This document shows, piece after piece, positions 10,111 to 18,972 of a stretch of DNA of 64,000 nt (position 1 is its first letter; every line of letters begins with the position of its first letter). The position numbers and the translations under genes were made by a program. The stretch covers positions 32,477-96,476 of the forward strand of contig CAVQPG010000003.1 in the NCBI GenBank assembly GCA_963714675.1. Direction: 5' to 3'. The notes below the pieces were generated by a model. It was given only the letters and a program-made list of their open reading frames with translations. It was not told where the DNA came from and ran no database searches. The stretch comes from an uncultured Chloroflexia bacterium (lineage in GTDB: Bacteria; Chloroflexota; Limnocylindria; Limnocylindrales; CSP1-4).

Positions 10111-10938
10111 TCAGTCCTGCATCCAGGGACGCTCGTCACTCGGTGGGTCCCAACTGTCGATGGGTGCCTGGAGCGGCCCGTCGATCCAGCAGAACATGCC
10201 GTTCGTGTCGCGGCCGGCCTCCGAAGTCAGGCGCAGGACGAGGTCGACGGCCTTCCCGGGCGGGTCTCCACCGGTCTCCTCGACCCAGGCCACCCACTCG
10301 ATGTAGTTCTCTCCGGCCGGGCCCGCGCCCGCCACACGCTGCTTGATATCCGCCCACATCTCCGTCTTGACATCGCCGGGATGGATGACATTGGCGGTAA
10401 CGCCGGTGCCCGCGATCTCGGCGGCCAGGTGCCGGGTCATCTGGTTGAGTGCGGCCTTGGCCGTGCCATAGGCGCTGTTGAGCGGCCCGGGAGGGTGGAG
10501 CGACGCGGCCGAGGTAACGTTGATGATCCGGCCCCAGCCCTGGTCGAGCATCCCGCCCAGGAAGGCGTGCGTCGTGAACAATGGAGCCACGGCGTCGACC
10601 ATGATCGTGCGCTGCCACTCGAGCGGATCGACGTCGCGGATGAGCGCGATCGGACCGAAGATCCCGGCCGCGTTCACGAGGATGGACGCCGCACCCATGC
10701 GCTCTTCGACCACGGCCTGCAGGGACTCGACCGCGGCCGCGTCAGAGACGTCGCAGCGGACGTCGACGATGTCCGTACCGGCAGCCTTCCCGAGGGCAAC
10801 GGTCTCAGCCAGCTGCTCCCTGTCACGGGCCACCACTACGACCTTGGCTCCTGCGCCGGCGAGTCCGAGGGCGATGGCCCGGCCAAGCCCTCGTCCTCCA
10901 CCGGTCACCACCGCGACGCGCCCATGCTGGTCACCCAT
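10111..10938 (-). CDS. SDR-family NAD(P)-dependent oxidoreductase
   Basis: TGGGRGLG, LVNAAG and YGTAK catalytic motif. GGGAGGT RBS before ATG 10938. Confidence 0.92.
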   Translation of the reverse strand: MGDQHGRVAVVTGGGRGLGRAIALGLAGAGAKVVVVARDREQLAETVALGKAAGTDIVDVRCDVSDAAAVESLQAVVEERMGAASILVNAAGIFGPIALIRDVDPLEWQRTIMVDAVAPLFTTHAFLGGMLDQGWGRIINVTSAASLHPPGPLNSAYGTAKAALNQMTRHLAAEIAGTGVTANVIHPGDVKTEMWADIKQRVAGAGPAGENYIEWVAWVEETGGDPPGKAVDLVLRLTSEAGRDTNGMFCWIDGPLQAPIDSWDPPSDERPWMQD

Positions 10939-11062
10939 GGTCCACCTCCCACGCTTCGTCGATGGCCGGTCTGCCGGTCTGCCTCGGCGTACCATCGCAC
11001 GTAGACGATGACACCGGATGGCAACGCCGCCGGTTCGCTCCGCCGGCCGAAAGGATGACCTC

Positions 11063-11626
11063 ATGAAGACCGCCAAGGACAAGCACGTGGTGATGGCCGC
11101 CGACTTCGCGGGCTACCCGCTGAAGGAGGCCGTCAAGCAGCACCTGCTCGACAAGGGCTGGACCGTCGAGGACCTCACGCCGGTCCAGGCAGAGACGCCC
11201 ATGTACCACCGCGCCGGTTTCCTGCTCGGTGCCAAGATCACCGAGCGCGAGTACGAGAAGGGGCTGGCCTTCTGCGGCACGGGCATGGGCATCCACATCG
11301 CGGCCGGCAAGTGCCCACACGTGCACGCCGCCGTCTGCGAGAGCGTCTCGTCCGCCAAGCGCGCCGCGACCGGCAACAAGTGCAATGTCCTGGCCATGGG
11401 CGCTTTGTTCACCGCGCCGCACCTGGGCATGGCCATGGCCGACGCCTTCCTCGAGAGCTCCTTCGGCGAGGGCTACGAGGACTGGGAGGGCTTCGACGAG
11501 TTCCACGAGGTCGGCTATGAAGAGACCGACGGCTTCGACTACGAGGCCTACAAGGCCAACGGCTTCAAGCTCGCCGATGAGACCGAGCCGTACCTCGCAC
11601 CCTGGCCCAAGGACCTGCCCTTCTAG
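11063..11626 (+). CDS. rpiB: RpiB/LacA/LacB family sugar-phosphate isomerase
   Basis: AADFAGYPLK, FCGTGMG and NKCNVLAMG, plus an acidic C-terminal extension. Confidence 0.8.
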   Translation: MKTAKDKHVVMAADFAGYPLKEAVKQHLLDKGWTVEDLTPVQAETPMYHRAGFLLGAKITEREYEKGLAFCGTGMGIHIAAGKCPHVHAAVCESVSSAKRAATGNKCNVLAMGALFTAPHLGMAMADAFLESSFGEGYEDWEGFDEFHEVGYEETDGFDYEAYKANGFKLADETEPYLAPWPKDLPF

Positions 11627-11665
11627 CGGGTCGAGAGCGGCGATCGACGCACAAGGAGGAACGGG

Positions 11666-12073
11666 ATGCCCATTCGTCGGGAGATCGGATATACCGAAGC
11701 GCGAGAGCTCGTCGGCGCCGTTGCCGACCGTCTGGAGGCCGATGGCCTGGGTGCGGCCGTGGCCGTGGTGGATGCACATGGTGAGCTCGTCGCCCTGTTG
11801 CGCACCGATGGCTGTCCGCTGCCCTCGGTCAAGATCGCGATCCAGAAGGCATTCACGGCCGCCCGTGAGCGGAAGGAGTCCCGCGCCCTTGGAGACGCGG
11901 CACGTGAGGGGGGCTTCCCGCTCACCAACTTCGGCGAGATCGGCTACGTGGGTTGGGGCGGTGGTGTCCCGCTCGTCGCCGACGACGAGATCATCGGAGC
12001 CATCGGCATCAGCGGCCTGCCCGAGGAGGAGGACATGAAGCTGGCCCGCTGGGCCGCGGGAACGATCAGCTAG
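11666..12073 (+). CDS. GlcG/HbpS family heme-binding protein
   Basis: VAVVDAHGEL, AIQKAFTA, GGGVPL, GAIGISG..EEED. Confidence 0.88.
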   Translation: MPIRREIGYTEARELVGAVADRLEADGLGAAVAVVDAHGELVALLRTDGCPLPSVKIAIQKAFTAARERKESRALGDAAREGGFPLTNFGEIGYVGWGGGVPLVADDEIIGAIGISGLPEEEDMKLARWAAGTIS

Positions 12074-12137
12074 GCGGGCGCGACCTGAAACGGCCAGGCA
12101 GACCGATGAGGATCCGGAGCACCAGAAAGCGGCCCAG

Positions 12138-13022
12138 GTGAGTGCACTACTCGACAGGATCGCCGGTGGTCCCATCACGTGGGGTGTGACCGGAGAACCC
12201 GATTCCAGTCACCAGATGGATCGCGAGCGTGTGCTACAGGAGATGGCGGGAATCGGCCTGACCGCCACCGAGCTCGGCCCTGATGGCTTCCTCCCCTCCC
12301 AGCCCGATGAGCTGCGCGACTTCGTGGGTGCCCATGGCCTGCGGATCGCCGGTGGGTTCGTACCCGCGGTGCTCCATCGACAGGATCGCTTCGACGCCGG
12401 TCTCGACTACTTCGAGCGGGCCTCGCGCCAGCTCGCCGCGGTCGATGGCCAAGTGTTGGTGCTGGGGCCGGACACGCACCTTGATGGCCTCGATACCTCG
12501 ATCGAGATGGACGAGGATGAGTGGGCCACGTTCGGGCGCAATCTTCGTGTCCTCGAAGATCTGGCCGCCGCACACGGGCTGCGCACCGCGCTCCATCCCC
12601 ACTGGGGCATGGCTATCGAGCAGGCCGCGCAGGTAGACCGTCTGATGGACTCTGCAGCGATCGGCCTCTGCCTCGACACGGGCCACCTGTTCCTCGGTGG
12701 CGCGGACCCTGCGGAGATCGCTCGCCGTGCTCCCGGGCGTGTGCTGCACGTCCATCTCAAGGATGTCGATGCCCCGATCGCCCAGCAGCTCCGGTCGGGC
12801 ACGCTGACCTTCGACCAGGCGGTACGGCGCGGCCTCTTCCTGCCACTGGGCCAGGGAGCCGTGGACATCGCCGGGGTCATCGAGGTGCTGGAGCGGAACG
12901 GCTTCGAGGGCTGGTACGTGCTCGAGCAAGACGCCGCCTTCGACGCCCCGCCACCGGTCGGTGAGGGCCCGCTGCTCGATGCCCGCCAGAGCGTGGAGTT
13001 CCTGCGGTCGCTGGCGACCTGA
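12138..13022 (+). CDS. Sugar-phosphate isomerase/epimerase TIM barrel, IolE (inosose dehydratase)-like
   Basis: GGPITWG, TELGP, LHPHWG, CLDTGH, HVHLKD and VLEQD. Confidence 0.82.
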   Translation: MSALLDRIAGGPITWGVTGEPDSSHQMDRERVLQEMAGIGLTATELGPDGFLPSQPDELRDFVGAHGLRIAGGFVPAVLHRQDRFDAGLDYFERASRQLAAVDGQVLVLGPDTHLDGLDTSIEMDEDEWATFGRNLRVLEDLAAAHGLRTALHPHWGMAIEQAAQVDRLMDSAAIGLCLDTGHLFLGGADPAEIARRAPGRVLHVHLKDVDAPIAQQLRSGTLTFDQAVRRGLFLPLGQGAVDIAGVIEVLERNGFEGWYVLEQDAAFDAPPPVGEGPLLDARQSVEFLRSLAT

Positions 13023-13030
13023 CGACCCGG

Positions 13031-13627
13031 CTACCCGTCGAGGCGCAGGCCCATGAGGAGACCGCCGGGCTCGGAATCGACCTCGCGGAAGCCGAGGTGC
13101 GCGTAGAAGCCGATGGCGTTGGGGTTGTCAGACGCGACGCCCAGGTGCACGCCGGCGACGCCACGCGAGCCCAGGTCAGCGAGCAGCCGCTCGATGAGCG
13201 TGCGGCCCAGGCCGGTTCCTCGAGCCCGCTCCTGCAGGTCGATGTGGAGATGCGCCGGGAACGCCTGGGCCAGCTGCGGCGGCGTTCGCTCTGGCGCATG
13301 GATCAGCCTGACCATCTGGGCATCGTGGGAGCCATCCTCGAGGACAGGATAGCGAGCGCGCAGCGGCGGCCACCACTCGCGCTCGGCCCATACCTCGAAG
13401 CCGAGCGTGTCGTCGGCCGAGAGCAGGTAGCCGGCCGAACCCTCCCCATCGACCACCACCAGCTGCGTGCCACTCCCGTAGGCCAGGTAGGAACCCACGT
13501 AGACGTGGCCGAGCAGGTCGGGATCGCGGTAGAGCGACGTCGCATCCTTTCCGGCGTCGCCGGTCAGGAGGCAGGTGCGATAGGCGCCTGGCAGGTCACC
13601 CAGGCCAGCTGGTTCGATCCTGAGCAT
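13031..13627 (-). CDS. GNAT-family acetyltransferase resembling the O-GlcNAcase C-terminal pseudo-HAT domain
   Basis: PDLLGHVYVG..., WWPPLRARYP, FPAHLHIDL, RGTGLG (acetyl-CoA loop) and NPNAIGFYAHLGF. Confidence 0.85.
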   Translation of the reverse strand: MLRIEPAGLGDLPGAYRTCLLTGDAGKDATSLYRDPDLLGHVYVGSYLAYGSGTQLVVVDGEGSAGYLLSADDTLGFEVWAEREWWPPLRARYPVLEDGSHDAQMVRLIHAPERTPPQLAQAFPAHLHIDLQERARGTGLGRTLIERLLADLGSRGVAGVHLGVASDNPNAIGFYAHLGFREVDSEPGGLLMGLRLDG

Positions 13628-13671
13628 GCCGCAAGACTAGCGCCTCCAACGTCAGAGCGAGCGAGCTCAGG

Positions 13672-13800
13672 AGTGGTATACATCGAGTGATCTGGAACGG
13701 CACCTCACTGGTCTATCGCGCGCAACGCCTCACGCTTGGAACGTGGCAGCATGTGGTCTATCTGCCGTGTCCGGCAGGCCACGTGAAGTGGTCTACTGGC
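13672..13800. promoter_or_regulatory. Four DasR/NagR (dre)-like operator half-sites
   Basis: AGTGGTATA (13672), ACTGGTCTA (13707), TGTGGTCTA (13752) and AGTGGTCTA (13787), lying between the divergent GNAT and GntR-UTRA genes. They match the left arm of the dre consensus A(G/C)TGGTCTAGACCA. Confidence 0.65.
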
Positions 13801-13804
13801 GGGC

Positions 13805-13833
13805 TTGCCGTCCTGGTTCGGCTCGGCTACTCT
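13805..13833 (+). promoter_or_regulatory. Sigma70-type promoter of the GntR/GH84 operon (leaderless)
   Basis: TTGCCG (13805-13810), 17-nt spacer, TACTCT (13828-13833), then 7 nt to GTG 13841. Confidence 0.65.
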
Positions 13834-13840
13834 ACCGCTC

Positions 13841-14599
13841 GTGTCTACCGGCAGTGAGATCACCCGGCATGAGGTGCGTGCCCGGCTTCGGGAGCTGATC
13901 GCCACCTCGCAGGCCGGCGACCGGCTGCCCGGTGAGCGCGAGCTGAGCATCCGCTGGGATGCAGCCCGCATGACAGTGCGACACGCCACTGACGCACTCA
14001 TCGACGAAGGCCTGGTGGTGCGCCGACACGGCTCAGGCACCTACGTACTCCCGCCACCGGTGGTGCGCTTCCTGGGCATGACCTCCTTCAGCCAGGACAT
14101 GCGCGACCGGGGCCTGATCCCCAGCAGCAGGCTGCTGGCCTTCGAGGTCAGGGCCGCGGACGGGGTCCTGTCACGTCGGCTGCGCGTCACGGAGGGCGAA
14201 GCCCTGATGCGCTTCACACGGCTGCGCCTGGGGAGCGGTGAGCCCATGGCCATCGAGACCGTCTGGATCCGCTCCGTGCTGGTGCCCGGGCTCGAGCCGC
14301 CGGATCTCGACGGCTCGCTCTACGAGTTGCTCGCGAACCGGTACGGACTGGTGCCCGGCTCTGCGGACGTCACCATCGAGCCGTTGCTGCCCGATGACGA
14401 GACGCGACAGCTGCTGGAGCTCCCACCCCAGCAGGCCACGCTGTTCATGCGCATGACGGATGCGGACGCCCACGGCGAGGTGATGATGATCGCGGACTGC
14501 ATCTATCGCGGTGACCGCTATCAGTTGAGCGCCCACGTTCCAGGGCGTGCCTTCGCCACAGCCCGGACGTCGCTCCAGACGACAGGAAAGGCTGGATGA
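13841..14599 (+). CDS. GntR/HutC (UTRA) transcriptional regulator, DasR/NagR-like
   Basis: GDRLPGEREL..AARMTVRHA..DEGLVVRRHGSGTYV HTH; SFSQDM and YRGDRY UTRA domain. Confidence 0.9.
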   Translation: MSTGSEITRHEVRARLRELIATSQAGDRLPGERELSIRWDAARMTVRHATDALIDEGLVVRRHGSGTYVLPPPVVRFLGMTSFSQDMRDRGLIPSSRLLAFEVRAADGVLSRRLRVTEGEALMRFTRLRLGSGEPMAIETVWIRSVLVPGLEPPDLDGSLYELLANRYGLVPGSADVTIEPLLPDDETRQLLELPPQQATLFMRMTDADAHGEVMMIADCIYRGDRYQLSAHVPGRAFATARTSLQTTGKAG

Positions 14600-15525
14600 G
14601 GCGCGTGCTGGCGGTCGACGGCGGTCAGTCGGCGATCCGGGTTCGCCACTCGGACCTGCCCGAGACCGTGGAGCTCGAGGGTGTCAGCCGACTGGAGGGT
14701 GACACGGTGGGCGCCGTGGCCGCAGCCGTGGTCCAGGGCTGGCGCCGAAGCGGCGCGCTCAGCGCGGATCGGGTCGTGCTCGGGCTCAGCACGGCCCCGA
14801 CCGACGCGTCCTCGCGGTGGCAGCTCTGTGAGATGGTGGCCACGGGCCTGCGAGCGAGCGAGGTCTGGCTCGCCGATGACGCGGTGACCAGCCACGCCGG
14901 CGCCCTCTCGACCGACTGGGGCATCAGCATCACCGTTGGCACGGGCGTCGCTTGCCTGGCCGCGCCTCGTGAGGGCACGCCGGCCATCATCGGCGGTCAC
15001 GGGTATCTCATCGGCGATGAGGGCGGCGCGTTCTGGATCGGCAGCGCAGGGCTGAGGGCCGTGCTCAAGGCCCTCGATGGCCGCGGACCTTCGACCGCGC
15101 TCGTGGGACCAGCGGAACGCCACTTCGACGGGCTCGACGACCTTGGCGTCCGGCTCCACGACACTGAGCGGCCGGTGGATAGCATCGCCCGCTTCGCGCC
15201 CGACGTGCTGGCGGCGGCAGGCGCCGGCGACGCGGTCGCTGGGGCCATCACTGACACCGCGGCTGACGAGCTGGCAGCACTGGCGCGGGCGGCCGCCCAC
15301 CGAGTGTCGCCCCACGACGGACCGATGCCGCTGGCCCTGGGCGGCCGCTTGATGGAGCCCGGCCTGCTGCGAGCGCGCGTCGAACAGCGGCTCGCCGGGA
15401 CCGCGCCGACCTTCGCTGTCCGCAGCGCGGACGGGTCGCCACTCGAGGGCGCGCTGATGCTGGGCGCCGCGGATGACCCCGGTCGCTATCGCGACTTCGT
15501 CTATATCTGGGAGGGGCCAGCATGA
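14596..15525 (+). CDS. BadF/BadG/BcrA/BcrD-type sugar kinase (N-acetylglucosamine kinase-like)
   Basis: VDGGQS, GTGV and GGHGYLIGDEGGAFWIG. ATGA overlap with the GntR gene. Confidence 0.88.
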   Translation: MRRVLAVDGGQSAIRVRHSDLPETVELEGVSRLEGDTVGAVAAAVVQGWRRSGALSADRVVLGLSTAPTDASSRWQLCEMVATGLRASEVWLADDAVTSHAGALSTDWGISITVGTGVACLAAPREGTPAIIGGHGYLIGDEGGAFWIGSAGLRAVLKALDGRGPSTALVGPAERHFDGLDDLGVRLHDTERPVDSIARFAPDVLAAAGAGDAVAGAITDTAADELAALARAAAHRVSPHDGPMPLALGGRLMEPGLLRARVEQRLAGTAPTFAVRSADGSPLEGALMLGAADDPGRYRDFVYIWEGPA

Positions 15526-16277
15526 CCGATGATCGCACCGCCACTGCCGGAACGACCGCCGGGCGGCGCTACCTCCGGACAGCCGCGGCCCTGGTCGAGC
15601 GGCTCGAGACGTCAGAGTGGTCGCACATCGATGCCGCCGCCGAGCTCATGACGCTGGCCATGGCAGAGGGCGGTTCGATCCATGCCTTCGGCTCGGGCCA
15701 TTCCCACATGTTCGCGGAGGAGCTGTTCTACCGGGCTGGCGGCTTGGTGCGTATCGAGCCCATCTTCTTCGAGGGGCTGATGCTGCACGCCAGCGCGCCG
15801 CTGAGCACCGCCCTCGAGCGGGTGTCAGGCCTGGCGGCTGCGATCCTCGATGACCACCCCACGAAGGCCGGCGACGTGCTGCTCATCGCCTCCAACTCGG
15901 GCAGCAACCCGGTGATCACCGAGATGGCCCGCGAGGGCCGCATGCGTGGTCTGCGCACCATCGCCATCACCAGCATCGGACATGCCACATCTGACACGGC
16001 GCGACAGCGCAGCGAGCCGCGGCTGCACGAGCTCGTCGACGTGGTCATCGACAACGGAGGCGTGGTGGGTGACGCCGCCGTGGAGATCGCGGGTCTGCCC
16101 TTGCGCGTGGCACCGACCTCGACGGTGGTGGTGGCCGCCATCGCCAACGCCCTGGTGGCAGAGGTCGCACAGCGCCTGCTGGCGCGTGGCGTGAAGCCCG
16201 AGGTCTTCAGCAGCAGCAACGTCGCCGGTGGGGATGCCGTCAACCAGGACCACCTGCGGCGAGCGAGCCGCCGATGA
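15522..16277 (+). CDS. SIS-domain protein, UPF0309 family
   Basis: HAFGSGHSHMFAEELFYRAGGL, SNSGSN, IDNGG..GDA and VFSSSN. Confidence 0.88.
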   Translation: MTDDRTATAGTTAGRRYLRTAAALVERLETSEWSHIDAAAELMTLAMAEGGSIHAFGSGHSHMFAEELFYRAGGLVRIEPIFFEGLMLHASAPLSTALERVSGLAAAILDDHPTKAGDVLLIASNSGSNPVITEMAREGRMRGLRTIAITSIGHATSDTARQRSEPRLHELVDVVIDNGGVVGDAAVEIAGLPLRVAPTSTVVVAAIANALVAEVAQRLLARGVKPEVFSSSNVAGGDAVNQDHLRRASRR

Positions 16278-17611
16278 ACGACGCACCCTTCGAGATCCGC
16301 GGCGTCATCGAGGGCTTCTACGGCCACCCCTGGAGCCACCAGCAGCGGCTCGAGATCATCGATTTCCTGGGCGCCCGCGGCATGAACGAATTCATGTACT
16401 CGCCCAAGGACGACCCACTGCTGCGCGAGCAATGGCGCGACCCGTATGACGGCGCGGAGCTGGAGCGCCTGACGGAGTTGGTGCAGCGCTGCCAGGCGAA
16501 CGGCATGGAGATGACCTGGTGTATCTCGCCGGGACTGTCCATCCGCTACTCGGACGCCGCCGACCTCGAGGCCCTCAAGGCCAAGATCGTGAGCGTGCTG
16601 ACGCCGGGCCTGACACGTATCGGCCTCTTTCTCGACGACATCCCACGCGAGTTGCAGTATCCCCAGGATCGCGCCGCCTTCCCGGACCTGGAGGCTGCCC
16701 ACATCGCACTCTGCAACGAGGTCCTGGGTGCCTTGCCTGCGGACGTGAGCCTCGTCGTCTGCCCCACCGAGTACCGAGGCCGCGGGACCGAGCCCAGCCT
16801 GGCCAGGCTGGGCTCCAGCCTCGACCCACGTATCGACCTGCTGTGGACCGGTCGCGCCATCTGCTCGGCGACACTGGACCTTGAAGACGCCATCACCTTC
16901 GAGCGCACCGCGCGACGGCGACCGGTCTACTGGGACAACTACCCGGTCAACGATGTGGCCATGGGCTACGAGCTGCACATCGGCCCGTATCGCGGACGCG
17001 ACCCACAGCTATGGCAAGCCTCGCGGGGGATCGTGGCCAACGGCATGGAGCTGTTCGAAGCCTCCAAGATCCCCTTCGCCACCATCGCGGACTATGTGCG
17101 TGATCCCGTAGGCTACGAACCCGAGTCCAGCTGGCGCCGGGCCATGCTCGACGTCGTGGGCGAGGCCGACTTCGAGGCGTTCGCGCTCTTCGCCGATAAC
17201 GTGCGCACGTCCTGCCTGAGCGCTGATGATGCGCCCATCCTGGACGGTGAGATGGGTCGGGCGCTGTTCGAGCTGGAGTACGGCGACGCCGACGCAGGCT
17301 CCGCACGCCTGCGCGCCCTGGCCGATCGCCTGCTGGCCGCGGCCGATCACCTGCTGCGCGGACCCATGGTGAACCAGGTGCTCGTGTCCGAGATCCGTCC
17401 CTGGCTGGCGGCGTTCGAGACCGGGGCACAAGCGGTCAGCAGGATCGCCGACCTGGCTGCGGCCGGGAGATTGGACGAGGACGGGCCGGCTGAGCTGGCG
17501 CCGTTCCTGATCAGGCTGCGTCGAGCGCGCGTGCGCGTGTTCGGCGACGCCATGGAGATGACCTTGTCCGTCCTGTCCGGGACGATGTTCCGGCCGGGCG
17601 AGGTGCCGTAG
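16274..17611 (+). CDS. GH84 beta-N-acetylglucosaminidase (O-GlcNAcase-like), cytoplasmic
   Basis: RGVIEGFYG, YSPKDDP, ISPG, LFLDDI (catalytic Asp-Asp), CPTEY, WTG and WDNYPVND. No signal peptide. Confidence 0.92.
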   Translation: MNDAPFEIRGVIEGFYGHPWSHQQRLEIIDFLGARGMNEFMYSPKDDPLLREQWRDPYDGAELERLTELVQRCQANGMEMTWCISPGLSIRYSDAADLEALKAKIVSVLTPGLTRIGLFLDDIPRELQYPQDRAAFPDLEAAHIALCNEVLGALPADVSLVVCPTEYRGRGTEPSLARLGSSLDPRIDLLWTGRAICSATLDLEDAITFERTARRRPVYWDNYPVNDVAMGYELHIGPYRGRDPQLWQASRGIVANGMELFEASKIPFATIADYVRDPVGYEPESSWRRAMLDVVGEADFEAFALFADNVRTSCLSADDAPILDGEMGRALFELEYGDADAGSARLRALADRLLAAADHLLRGPMVNQVLVSEIRPWLAAFETGAQAVSRIADLAAAGRLDEDGPAELAPFLIRLRRARVRVFGDAMEMTLSVLSGTMFRPGEVP

Positions 17612-17629
17612 GTATTAGGAGGACGCTCG

Positions 17630-18895
17630 ATGAGAAGAGGACAGCGCGCGCTCGTCGCGGTCTCGGCCGCGCTCGCGCTTGGGATCGTGAGCACCGGTGG
17701 TGTCGCTTTGGCACAGGACACCACGCTGCGCGTGGCCATGGGCTCGCCGGGCGAGGCCGGCATCCGCGTCTGGGACGACATCGCCGCGCAGTTCGAAGCG
17801 ACGCATCCCGGTGTCGAGGTCGAGATGAACTACCAGGACGATGACCTGTACCAGACCATCGGCCTGCCCAATCTGCTCGCGGGCCGCAACGCTCCCGACA
17901 TCTACTTCGAGTGGACCGGCGCGCGCATGGCGCAGCGCTACGCAGACGGCTACGGCGCGGACCTGACCGAGGCTGTGACCTCCGGACCGTTGGCGGGCAT
18001 CTACAACGAGGGCGTGTTCCCGGAAGCCTCGGTCGACGGCAAGGTCGTGCTCGTCCCGCACACCGCCGACGTCACCAACGTCCTCTGGTACAACCGCGCC
18101 ATCCTCGATGAGTACGGCATCGCCCCGCCCACCAGTTGGGAGGAGCTGCTGGCTGCCTGCGACACGCTCGCCGCGGCCGACGTCATCCCCATCGCCTCGG
18201 GCAACAAGGACCTCTGGGCGGCAGGCAACTGGCTCAGCCACATCGCCTCGCGCGTGGTAGGTGAGGATGTCTACGACGCCACGCTGTCAGGCGAGGGCAA
18301 GTTCTCGACGCCGGAGTGGGAGCAGGCGTTCGGCTACATCGAGGAGCTGGCTGCCCACGGCTGTGTCAACGAGAGCGTCAACGCGGTCGATGACAACGCC
18401 GGCGCGCAGCTCTTCTTCCAGGGCCAGGCCGCCATGCACCCCATCGGTTCGTGGCTGGTCAGCTGGGCCATCGACGAGAACCCCGACCTTGACTTCGACT
18501 TCGTGAACCTGCCCGCCATGCCCGAGGGCTCGGCCGGGAGCCAGGACAGCGTGATCGGTGTCTCGACCGGGCACATGGTCAACCCCAACAGCGAGAACAT
18601 CGATCTGGCCATCGAGTTCCTGGCGCTGGTCAACAGTCCTGAGAACGTGCTGGCCTTCATCGACGAGGCCGAGCTGTCTCCGCTCGCGGAGTCGGCATCG
18701 GCGGCCGATGTGGACGACCGGACCGCGCGTCTGACCGGCCTGCTCAAGGCGGGTGCGCCGGTGGTGCTTCCGCCAGATACCGGCTATGACGTCGAGATGG
18801 CGCTGCAGTTGTACGAAGCAGAGGCAGCAGTGCTCGGCGGCCAGGCCACGCCCGCCGAGGCCCTCGCGACGCTCGACGAGCGCCTCGGGCGCTAG
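17630..18895 (+). CDS. Carbohydrate ABC transporter substrate-binding protein
   Basis: Signal peptide ending ALA-QD; APDIYF, LWYNR, PPTSWEEL and FFQGQAAM. Confidence 0.92.
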   Translation: MRRGQRALVAVSAALALGIVSTGGVALAQDTTLRVAMGSPGEAGIRVWDDIAAQFEATHPGVEVEMNYQDDDLYQTIGLPNLLAGRNAPDIYFEWTGARMAQRYADGYGADLTEAVTSGPLAGIYNEGVFPEASVDGKVVLVPHTADVTNVLWYNRAILDEYGIAPPTSWEELLAACDTLAAADVIPIASGNKDLWAAGNWLSHIASRVVGEDVYDATLSGEGKFSTPEWEQAFGYIEELAAHGCVNESVNAVDDNAGAQLFFQGQAAMHPIGSWLVSWAIDENPDLDFDFVNLPAMPEGSAGSQDSVIGVSTGHMVNPNSENIDLAIEFLALVNSPENVLAFIDEAELSPLAESASAADVDDRTARLTGLLKAGAPVVLPPDTGYDVEMALQLYEAEAAVLGGQATPAEALATLDERLGR

Positions 18896-18910
18896 CCCGA
18901 CCCGGACCAT

Positions 18911-18945
18911 GATGACGGGGCGCCCCAGACGGGCGCCCCGTCATC
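18911..18945 (+). terminator. Perfect 15-bp stem-loop after the binding-protein gene (mRNA stabiliser or attenuator)
   Basis: GATGACGGGGCGCCC-cagac-GGGCGCCCCGTCATC; no U-tract. Confidence 0.75.
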
Positions 18946-18972
18946 GCATCCGACGATCCGACGAGGGGACCC

